64,000 nucleotides of DNA from Rhodosorus marinus CCMP1338 (Eukaryota; Plantae; Rhodophyta). The notes under the pieces were generated by a model. That model saw only the letters and a list, made by a program, of their open reading frames with translations, had not been told where the DNA came from and did not search any database. The stretch is from assembly GCA_029953675.1 (NCBI GenBank), contig JAMWBK010000007.1, positions 1,364,001 through 1,428,000 of the forward strand, read 5' to 3'. Both the position numbers and the translations under genes were made by a program. This document shows, one piece after another, positions 1 to 9,122 of the stretch (positions are counted from its first letter, which is position 1; every line of letters begins with the position of its first letter).

Positions 1-147
1 GCTGGTGCCTGTTTTTTCTTTTGAACGTAGCATGAGACCCCGGTAGCGGGGTTCCAGTAAGTTTCTCCCTAGATAGGATTAGACGTAGTGTTGCGCTGCA
101 GTAGGCAGCTGCCCAGTAAAGCTTATGGTTACGTTAGTCTGGGGTTA
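1..147 (+). mobile_element. 3' end of a CRE-like (RLE) non-LTR element: last codons, 3'UTR hairpin, tail module, terminal 16-nt motif
   Basis: Bases 1-30 align to the RLE C-terminus at ~7995-8025 (LVPVFSFERS vs LIPYFSFYRS). Then hairpin gagaccccg-gtag-cggggttc (34-54), module gcgctgcagtaggcagctgcccagtaaag, and ggttacgttagtctggggtta (127-147). Opposite orientation to the other copies. Confidence 0.7.
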
Positions 148-1230
148 TGCGTTGGCGTTCTTTGTATCCCAGTAGGTTATCGGCCTCGGGTGCCTGGCCA
201 GTTGACAGGGTCACATGCCGATCGGGGTGTCGCAGGTTAAAGGATCCGAAAATCGCTGTCCTGAAAACTCCCCGTGTAATGCCGCTTTGGAGAAGCGGGA
301 TTGCGTCTGGGTGGCATAGCAGGCTGGCGTGGGAGGCAATGAAGTCCACGTGCACCACATAAGAGCTCGGGATCCCCAATGCTTGGCAAAGAACCGTTGA
401 AAAGTCTGATGGGGCCACTTCATCGTGCCGCGGGGTCATACATTCCTGAGAGTGGCGAGGACCGGTGTGGTATCTGGTCCCCAGATAGCTCCTTCCACCG
501 TAGCGTGCAGCTGTCTCAGGGCAATTTGCTGGGTCTGCGGCCCTGGGCGTCCTACTGTGCGGGTTTGTGCGGCTTCTCCGCGCACTGAGGCTTTCTGATC
601 CGTGCGCTCAGCGTAGGTAGGTTGTGTACTGCCATTCCCGATGACTGGGAAGGCCTCTGCGTAGTCCAGTGCGACCGTGACACCTGCCCTAACCGGAAGT
701 TGATTGAGACGCGTTCCGGCTGCATGTTGATTGATGGCCGCCGCCCGCGGGTGCTGTTGCAGGATTTGGGAGGGGTTCGGTGCTGCGGCTCCACCGTGCC
801 ACATATAAGGTTTTGCTGAAAGCTCGGAGAGACGTGCGGTAGTTCCTTCGAGTTCAGTGGTGCTGTTAATCCGATGATGATGCTGTTAATCCGTGAGTAG
901 AGTTTGAATACAGCCTGGTAGAAGTCCGCGATAACTGCTTCACCATTTCCCAACTCCTGATAGCGCCGGTCAAAGGCGCGAAGTTGGTGCAAAAAGGCTG
1001 CCGCAGGTCCAGTTGCCTCTTGAGTCTCCATCCTGTAAGCCTCCTGTGCGTTCGCTGCTTCTAAATCCTGGGTGCTTGTGGTCCTGCCGTTATGGCCTAC
1101 GACTCCCAGTCGGTGTCGCCATCCCCTCTTCGCCTGGGCCAGGGCCGTTGGTGCCCGGGTGGCGGAGAGGTTCTGGGTCCGGTCCCAGGGTCTCCTTCTC
1201 GATCATAAAGCTTTCCTTAATAAAACCTCA
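134..1230 (-). pseudogene. Degenerate ORF1/gag-like 5' region of the CRE-like element, diverged subfamily
   Basis: Frameshifted ORFs 552-1031, 436-804 and 134-439 join into ...FYQAVFKLYSR...TYAER...QQIALRQLHATVEG..WGPDTTPVLATLRNV*PRHD..VLCQALGIP..HPDAIP..RGVFR..FGSF. Homologous to 2091-3047 and 5661-6785. Confidence 0.55.
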
Positions 1231-1260
1231 GCGTATGTTTGTGCATGTTAGCCCCTTAAC

Positions 1261-2070
1261 CTTACCCAGACTAACGTAACCGTAAACTTTCCCCCAGCTG
1301 TAACCGTAAACTTTACTGGGCAGCTGCCTACTGCAGCGTATCACTATTTCTACTACTATCTAGGGATCTGCGATCCCACATCGCTCAGCTCCTCGCTCCT
1401 GTGCAGTAGGTGTTTGCAGCTGTCCCGGAGAAAGTCCTGTGCCATAACCCCAGACTAACTTAACCCCGTAGCCTTTATTCGGCAGCTACCTACCGCAGCG
1501 CAATACCACTACTATATGTTCGTTCTAAACTCACATACACCCCCTGTCCAGGGGTCTCATCTAAGTTCTACTCGAGGGAAATATCGTCCTATCCGCGCTA
1601 TCTTTCTCGATCGCATGCTCAACTGGCGCAGCATTTTGCTGCCACAGAATCCGATTTAATTGACCCCTCACCGACGACAGATGGGAGTCACGATCATGCA
1701 GATGCGTTGTCCCTATGCGAAGAAATTCAAGGCTTGCCTCGCCCATTCGACCAAAAGTCTCGAAAATGAACGGCACAAAAACGAGGTCTCGGTTTTCCAC
1801 CCTCGGCACTTCCTTAGAATGCAACGCCTTCGCTTGTTCTGCTTGTCTCGCAGCATGCCCGCAACTCCAGCTCGTATGTCTCAACTGATGCCTTTGAAGT
1901 GGCGATGTTACCATCACGTCCACCACGTACACGCAACCGCCCGTCGGGTGCCGTGCTACAATATCGGGTCGAATTCCGGACCCAGCAAAGAACCCCTGAG
2001 GCTCTACTAATATCTCTGTGAAATTCCATAGGTGTAGCCATGGACTCAGTTCGACTTTCAGCTCATCGTG
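1261..2070 (-). mobile_element. 5'-truncated CRE-clade non-LTR retrotransposon: RLE domain (1561-2070) plus 3'UTR with two stacked tails
   Basis: Translation HDELKVELSPW..EPQGFFAGSGIRPDIVAR..VVDVMVTSP..AEQAK..FVPFIFETFGRMGEASLEFL..QLNRILWQQNA is the RHD / PD-(D/E)xK signature of CRE RLE domains. The 5' end is joined directly to the GGGG of the 16-nt motif (2071-2090). Confidence 0.85.
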
Positions 2071-2090
2071 CCCCGGACTAACGTAACCCC

Positions 2091-3047
2091 TCCCTGGTGA
2101 TCTTGCCGGCGTCTCGCGAAGGATCCGAACACACCTGAGCGGAAGACTCCCCTAGCTATTGCGCTGGTGATGAAGGGCATCGCGTCAGGGTGACATACCA
2201 GCAGTGCGTGGGTGGCAACAAAATTGATATTTGCAACCAGGTGTACCAGAATACCCAACGCTGTGCACAATACTTGTTTGTAATCCGAACTGGGACAATC
2301 GCAACCGGGACAGTCCAGGGTGGGACAACAGGATCTAGCATTCCCCGCCTTGGGACATACCCCTCCCAGTGGCACTTACGCAAAGCGTGCGGCCAAGACA
2401 GCCCGGATGCGTCAGCAGACAGCCCTCCGACAACTGCACGCAACGGTTGGAGGAGGTAGATGGGGGCCCCGATACATACCCGGTGCTCGCGACGTTGCGC
2501 AACGTACACCCGCAGCGAAACGAATTGGTGTGCGCTCTCGGACAAACAAGTCCTGTGCACAGCGTTGGGTGTTCCGGTACACCTGGTTGCACATATCGAT
2601 TTTGTTGCCACCCACGCACTGCTGGTACGTCACCCTGACGCGATACCCTTCATCACCAGCGCCATGGCTAGGGGAGCTTTCCGCTCAGGTGTGTTCGGAT
2701 CCTTCGCGAATACCCAATCAGTTTGGTCATATCTAACTTGGGACAGCCCCACGCGGAACGGTCACTTATGGGACAACCCGAGTTGGGACAACAGCAACTG
2801 GGACGACAGCACTGGGACAATCGCAACCGGGACAGCAGAGTCCGCGACAGTCCGGGGTGGGACAACAGGGTCTAGCCTTGGGACGTACCCCTCCCAGTGA
2901 CATGTACGCACAGCGTGCGATCAAGGCAGCCGGTATGCGTTAGCAGACAGCCCTCCGACAACTGCACGCAACGGTTGGAGGAAGTAGATGGGGCCCGATA
3001 CATACCCGGTGCTCGCGACGTTGCGGAGCGCCACCAATTCGTTGCGC
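2091..3047. mobile_element. Rearranged ORF1-like fragments: inverted plus tandem duplications
   Basis: 2091-2281 (-) and 2542-2709 (+) both encode VLCTALG..HPDA.PFITSA.ARG.FRSGVFGSF. 2290-2510 and 2811-3047 are direct copies of the RQLHATV/PVLATLR block also present inverted at 5661-5910. Confidence 0.7.
2114..2709. repeat. Inverted repeat, 168-bp arms (2114-2281 / 2542-2709), 260-bp spacer
   Basis: Direct reverse-complement comparison, about a dozen mismatches. Confidence 0.9.
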
Positions 3048-3899
3048 GTAACCCCAACGTACGCCCGCCGCGATAAGGCAAGACCATGAGAAGCCAGCTA
3101 GATCAAGACAGGAACACAGTCTGTAACGCTGTGAATACTGGAAACTAACCCTCCAGCTCAGCAAGCTCAACTCTTGCCTGTACCTGAAAGCACCCAGACT
3201 AAACAAAACAGCCTGGACTGCCCTCAAGGACAAATCAGAAGCCAAAAATAGCAATAGAACACCGAACCAAGTACTTGACACAACAAAGGATAAGCTCAAT
3301 CAAGACATCTCAGAGACAGGAATCAGCAAAGACCAGCCACTCCAATCAATACCAAATACAATATAGGGAAGCCCATTCAAAAAGTTACAGAGACCTGCTC
3401 AATCCGACAACAGCACCTATATAGCCCGGAACACCTCTTAGCCATATACGAAACAAGATCTTAACCCGTCAAACCAGTAGAACAAACACCAGAAGAAGCC
3501 TTGAAAACAAGACTGAGAACCCTCCGCCCCCTCAAAGCTCCAAACAAATGCCCTAGTGGAAATATTTCAGCCACCTCAGGAGAATCTCTATAGAGAGACT
3601 GGCCCCAAATCATAAACCCCTAGAGAAATATCAAGCAGCCACCACTGTCAAGCAGCCACCACTCTAGAGATGCCACCCATTGTAACCTCCTAGGGACGAA
3701 TTCAATTAAAGCAAATAACCTAGTGAAAGATGTATAACCCCCTGAAATACTCAAACTAACAAACAAATATAGTAGCAAACTCAACCAAGCAGCCTAACCC
3801 CCAGCCCTCATCTTCCTCATCACGTACGATCCGGATCGGGAGGGCTTTTGCGTTGTATTTCTTGTACCTAGAACAAGAAGTACAACACAGTATCAAATA

Positions 3900-5570
3900 T
3901 GACCAGTAGGGAACCAGGACTAAATAACACCTCTCATACCTCCTAAACCCTAAGTCTTCTCAATCAGCCACTATCTCCACTAGGTAATCACTATAGAGGG
4001 CGGTCCCCCTAACACTAGTTGGGAACAACATCTGAAAGCCTGGACCCAGTCAAAAGAATCTATCCAGCCAGCTTCCTCCCCCCCCCTCCTCCGCGATCCA
4101 ATCTCACAAGCAGCCTGAATATATATTGATAGCCTCAGGAACCACAAACCAGCCCCTGCAAGGTTGGTACCCAGGTAAGCCCCTTTTCCCCCATTTGAGC
4201 CGATTTTGGACTAAATCTAGTAGGGAACAGGAGTCAAAAACAACGAAATGCAAAAAATACGCAATAATCCGAAATAACGCCAAAACTGCAACTGCATATA
4301 GAGCCCGATCTTCAAAGAAAACTATTCGCCGGGCAACCTTGCGAAGCAAACTCTCAAGCAGCCACCCTCCTCAGCCCCAGATCCTTGAGCTGGCACCCCT
4401 CAAAGCTCGACATTTAGAGTCCCAGCGAAGCGAATCCTCCTCCAGCCACCTTCAAATCAGGCCATATCACATTGATAACCGAAAAACGGCCTCTGCACGG
4501 TACCTACACAGATAAGGTCGTTTTGCCCCCTTTTTGCCCATTTTAGACAATATTTAGTAGGGAACAGCACCACAAAACAGTGAAAGGCAGAAAAGTACCG
4601 AAATACAGAAAACCAGCTAAAACTGCATAAAAGGCGTAAAAACTATCCACCAGACACAACCAGCCTAAAAAACCCACCAGCCATAAGTTTGAGCTCTGGA
4701 GAGCGGAGACACAGTTCGACACTTCGAGATAGATTGCGCGGGGCGCGCGCCGGTTTTCGCTGAAGCCCCAGAAAAGGTAGGTACCCTGCCCATGTCAGAT
4801 CATTTTCATCAAATATGCCACTTTTTCCCTATAAATTAGTCGGGAACAGAAGCACAAAAACATGAAATGCACGCTTTCACTCGACCAGCGGAACGGAGCC
4901 ATTTTTGCATTCCGAGTCCATCGCAAAGAAAGTGTCAGGTTACCCCATAAAAAGAGCACTTTTGCCTCAAAAACCACCCTAAAACACCTTATTTGGCCAC
5001 CTTTCTGAAACCCTGCACTACTCGCCGCCATTTTGCAACCCACACCCCCTCTGTTATTTTTTTTTGTACCTCGAAAAAGGCTTAATTAGTACTGTTCCCT
5101 GCAAAACATCGCTCTCGCAAGCGGATATTAGCCAAAACAAAAACATGAATAATTTGAAATAAAAAATCACGAAACGAACAAATTTTATTTGCGGACAATA
5201 GGATGACGGAGTCATTCAAAACGCCGAGAGTACCGAGGCCCCCAGGGGGTACCTGCGAAGGGGGTGCAGGGATGTCCCCCCGATCTGCCCAATAGAAAAC
5301 CTCCAAACCCTCCCCCTCGTTTGTACGACTGTCCTCTGCCCTGAAAAAATCTCGTTCTGACCTGAAAAATCGCTTGTTCCCTATAAAAAAAAAACCATTT
5401 TTTCCCCTTTTTCGCCTCGTTTGCCCTGAAAAAATCGCCTCCCCTCGATTGGACCTGAAAAATCGCCTTGGATCGTCTCGTTTGCGTCGAAAAACTTTGA
5501 CAAACGTTGAAAACGATGCGATTTGGTAGGGAACGTTCGTTTGTCGCGTCTCGTTTGCGTTGAAAACCCC
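3900..5570. repeat. A/C-skewed spacer with recurring short motifs (TAGTAGGGAAC family; CCTGAAAAATC x4; ~130-bp diverged duplication)
   Basis: tag(t/w)(a/c/t)gggaac at ~3905, 4017, 4219, 4555, 4837, 5525 and inverted at ~5087. (g/a)ccctgaaaaa(a)tc x4 in 5337-5470. 4160-4285 is similar to 4520-4635. Confidence 0.55.
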
Positions 5571-5647
5571 TTCACTGAGTCCGATCCTTCGGGAAATGGG
5601 GCGCCCGCGCGTGTCGCTTGCCTCCTTGGCGCTCAAATCGCCTGAGG

Positions 5648-6800
5648 GTAACCCCAACGTACGCCCCCCGCGCAACGCATTGGTGGCGCTCCGCAACGTC
5701 GCGAGCACGGGTACGTATCGGGGTCCCTTCTACTTCCTCCAACCGTTGCGTGCAATTGTCGGAGGACTGTCTGCTGACGCATCCCGGCTGCCTTGGCCGC
5801 ACGCTGTGCGTACGTGCCACGGGGAGGGGTATGTCCCAAGGCGGGGAATGCTAGATCCTGTTGTCCCACCCCGGACTGTCCCGGACTCTGCTGTCCCGGT
5901 TGCGATTGTCCCAGTTGCTGTCGTCCCAGTTGCTGTCGTCCCAGTTGCTGTCGTCCCAGTTGCTGTCGTCCCAGTTGCTGTCGTCCCAGTTGCTGTCGTC
6001 CCAGTTGCTGTCGTCCCAGTTGCTGTCGTCCCAGTTGCTGTCGTCCCAGTTGCTGTCGTCCCAGTTGCTGTCGTCCCAGTTGCTGTCGTCCCAGTTGCTG
6101 TCGTCCCAGTTGCTGTCGTCCCAGTTGCTGTCGTCCCATTTGGTGTTGTCCCAGTTGGTGTTGTCCCAGTTGGTGTTGTCCCAGTTGGTGTTGTCCCAGT
6201 TGGTGTTGTCCCAGTTGGTGTTGTCCCAGTTGGTGTTGTCCCAGTTGGTGTTGTCCCGGTTGGTGTTGTCCCGGTTGGTGTTGTCCCAGTTGGTGTTGTC
6301 CCAAGTCGGGTTGTCCCAAGTTAGATATGACCAAACTGATTGGGTATCTCGGCCTGCCGCCTGCGAGGCTGGGGCGCGACTAAAGTCCACCAGATGTGAT
6401 GTTCACCCAGGGCTTCGAGTCCGGCGTTGATGCCCTTGAGATCGTCGGTGTTGGCTGCCCGGGACTACAGCTTGTAGACCCGAGCGAAGAAACGTTCGAG
6501 CTCTCCTTCTGATACCCCAGAATTGCGGTAGAACTCCGTATATGATTAAAGTTTCCCCAAGAGTGCATGAACAGCATCTTCTTTCGCAGTGGTGGGAGAG
6601 GTGGGCGTTGGCACCATCTCTGCGTCTTCATCTTCTCCTTGGTCGGCGACAGAGCCGCGCGGCACACCGTTTTCTGCGATGTGCCCCTCCTCTCGATGTT
6701 CGGCTGCAGAGAGATGCGTCTCCCCCGTAGGTGCACAGACACTGTTCGAGTTCCCCTCCCCAGTCGAGGGGGGGATCGCCACCATTTGGCATGGTTTATC
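5648..6800 (-). pseudogene. ORF1/gag-like 5' region of the CRE-like element containing the expanded minisatellite
   Basis: MVAIPPSTGEG..DAVHALLGKL*SYTEFYRNSGVSEGELERFFARVYKL*SR (homologous to 552-1031), then repeats, then TYAQRAA..RQQTVLRQLHATVGG..PDTYP. Ends at degenerate motif gtaaccccaacgt (5648-5660). Confidence 0.65.
5896..6315. repeat. Bipartite 15-bp minisatellite, 28 units
   Basis: 15 x ccagttgctgtcgtc (5911-6135) followed by 11 x cc(a/g)(g/t)ttggtgttgtc (6136-6300), with one degenerate unit on each side. No unique spacers. Confidence 0.97.
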
Positions 6801-6859
6801 CCAAACTAACCAAGCTTACAAACTTTCCGTCCGAACCCTATCCAATACTAACCAAACTT

Positions 6860-7638
6860 CAGACTAACGTAACCCCGTAGCTTTTTGCGTGTCCCCAGAC
6901 TAACGTCAGACTAACACAACCGTAAACTTTACTGGGCAGCTGCCTACTGCAGCGTATCACTATTTCTACTGCTATCTAGGGAAAAGCTCACGCTAACCCC
7001 GTAGCCTGTATTCGGCTGCTACCAACGAACGAATTGTTTAATAACCGCGCACTACTAAAACACTCTGTACGCTCTAAACATACCCAGACCCCCTGTCCAG
7101 GGGTCTCACCTAAATCTAGCTAACGGAAATATCGCCCGGTCCGCCCAGTCCTTCTCGATCGCGTGTTCTACTAACTGCGCATTTTGCTGCCATAAAATAC
7201 GGTTCAACTGACCTCTTACCGATGATAGGTATGTTTCACGATCATGAAGACGAGCAGTTGCCTTTCCCAGAAACTCTAGCCCTGCCTGTCCCAGCCGTCC
7301 GTACGTCTCAAGAATGAATAGTACGAGTATCACCTCCCTGCGTTCAGCGCATATTACCGCCTGGTGGGGTGCCACTTTGCTTTGCTCTCCTTTCTCCGCG
7401 GCATATCCGTTTCTCCAGCTCATTTGCCTCAGTTGATGACGTTGAAGCGGCGACGTCACCATTACGTCCACCACGCACACATGCCCGCTAGTCAGGTTCC
7501 TTGCTATAATATCTGGTAGAATACCTGACCCGGAAAAGAACCCTTGGGGCTCCACTTGTAGGTCCGTAAAATTCCGCTGGTGCATCCATCGGCTCAGCTC
7601 CATTTTTAGTTCATCATGTCGCTTTCCTCGCAAGCGCA
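6860..7638 (-). mobile_element. 5'-truncated CRE-clade element: RLE domain (7106-7638) plus 3'UTR with stacked tails
   Basis: RHDELKMELSRW..EPQGFFSGSGILPDIIARN..VVDVMVTSP..AEKGEQSK..LETYGRLGQAGLEFL..QLNRILWQQNA. Hairpin gacccctgtccaggggtc follows the stop. The 5' end abuts ccccagactaacgtaac (7639-7655). Confidence 0.88.
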
Positions 7639-8803
7639 CCCCAGACTAACGTAACTGTATCCTTTATTCGGCTGCTGCCTACTGCAGCGCAACGCTAGTT
7701 CGAACAGCTTTGGTCACGTGGATAAGTCGGGTTTAGAGTGGTTGCGGAAATGTTTTGCTGAGCATCCTACTGAATATTTGGCGCTCTTGAGGCGTTTAAG
7801 TGTCTCCCTTTGGCGATATTCCAGCCACATGCTTTCCGAGGCGCGCCATCGGCGCCTGGGGTTGCATGCTTCCCTCCCTAGTTATTAGTTCATCTTCACG
7901 CCTTGCGTAGCGCTTCAGGCTATGCTAGTGAAGTCCAGTTCGAACACTATTTAGGGGAAAGGATCGGTGTAACCCCGCATCCCGGGGTCTCTAGCTACGA
8001 TAAAAAGAAAAATAAGGAATCAGCGGCTGGTCCGACTGATCCACAAGAAGTGCGCCTAATGCGAGCTCCGCGTTCCCTTCCCAAAGCGTCCTGTTGATCT
8101 GAGCCCGTACGTTGCTCAGTTCCTCGACCTTTGTCAGCATATGACTGCATCTATCCCGAAGAAACTATTGCGTTAGCTCTCCTGTCCGTCCAAATGTCTC
8201 GATCGCCATCGGTATGAACTTATCGTCCGGGTGCTCGATGGATATTGCCTCCTTGTAATGTGCAACTTTCCAGCGCTCCATTTCGCTAAAATTCCATTAG
8301 TATCTCGGCTCCGTGCAAGGTGTCTGGTCTGTAATGGCGACACCACAGTCACGTCAAAGGCGAATCGCTACCACGTTCCTGGGTGGATGGCCACCAGGCC
8401 AGGCCCCAGATTGTAGTTCTCAAAGTAGTGCGTTGGTTCTTGCTTGATCTCTCGAAATTGCCACCGGTTCAACCACCTCGCTATCTCTGTGCATATGGCA
8501 TCGTGTCTCCTTTGCCATAGTCCCGTCGACGTTTGGCAGTGGTGCAGTCTTTGTACTCCGTTCGTACGGTGTACTATCGCACGTAGTACACGTCTCCGTC
8601 GGCAATCCCGGAATCGGGAGTCCCAACGGTTGTCGGATGTTCAAATGCGTTCCCGGTCCGCTCAATTTCCTCGGGCCAAAGTGTGGCAAATCGCGTAGCC
8701 AAACTCCAGAGCCAGCACCTGCAGCAGATCGGATTCGGGCTCGGTGTTCTTCGTCAATTCTTGCGTCCGTCACAAGCCTAATAATTCTAGACTTTCGAGC
8801 CAC
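7639..8803 (-). mobile_element. Degenerate CRE-clade element 3' part (pre-RLE, zinc-knuckle region, RLE, 3'UTR), second subfamily
   Basis: RARIRSAAGAGSGVWLRDLP..LS..LGLPIPG..CTTC, then with frameshifts FDVTVVSP..KVAHY..FIPMAIETFGRTG..FL..QINRTLWEGNA. 3'UTR hairpin at ~7970-7992 and tail ending at the 16-nt motif. Confidence 0.78.
7707..7936 (+). mobile_element. Short 5'-truncated 3' end of a different RLE-type LINE family, with 10-bp TSD
   Basis: Flanked by AGTTCGAACA (7697-7706, 7937-7946); removal restores the host tail module. Encodes FGHVDKSGLEWLRK..LRRLSVSLWRYSSHML, which is RLE C-terminus-like. 7815-7938 is nearly identical to the reverse complement of ~15850-15974. Confidence 0.75.
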
Positions 8804-9122
8804 TGCTGATGCATGACGGGGGAGATACTAACCCTCTGTGGGACTGTGAAGAGCCAGCACATATCCAGACGACGTGTTCGAAAGTGTGTTGTTAAAGTGC
8901 TTAGGACCAGTCTGAGCTAAGATCTTGAACTGAGGGTTTGTCACTCAGATCGGTTCCTGACCAAGAAGCAGTTTCTGATCAACGAACGAGAATGAATCAT
9001 TTCAACCTCGTGAAGCAAAATCGGTTACCAAAGGTTAACATAAAAAGAGCTTTTGCTGATTGTTGCAGTTCAACGGAGTCTGAAAAGACTTCAGCCTAGA
9101 CTTAGGGCATGGAATTTTTTTA

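Noticed and set aside
5082-5708. 208-aa minus-strand ORF
   Set aside because: Low-complexity F/R/K translation of poly-A motif repeats running off a truncated ORF1, with a non-ATG start.
5896-6315. CRISPR array
   Set aside because: Units are contiguous with no unique spacers, there are no cas genes, and the context is eukaryotic.
5560-6430. Repeat ORFs (VVPVA)n, (CCRPS)n, (SQLLS)n, (WDDSN)n as real proteins
   Set aside because: They are by-products of a stop-free 15-bp unit. Only the LGQHQ/LGRQQ frame connects to the conserved downstream ORF1 block.
1-8803. Intact autonomous retrotransposon or RT domain; 5' HDV-like ribozyme
   Set aside because: No RT motifs were found in any frame, and I could not fold a convincing ribozyme by eye.
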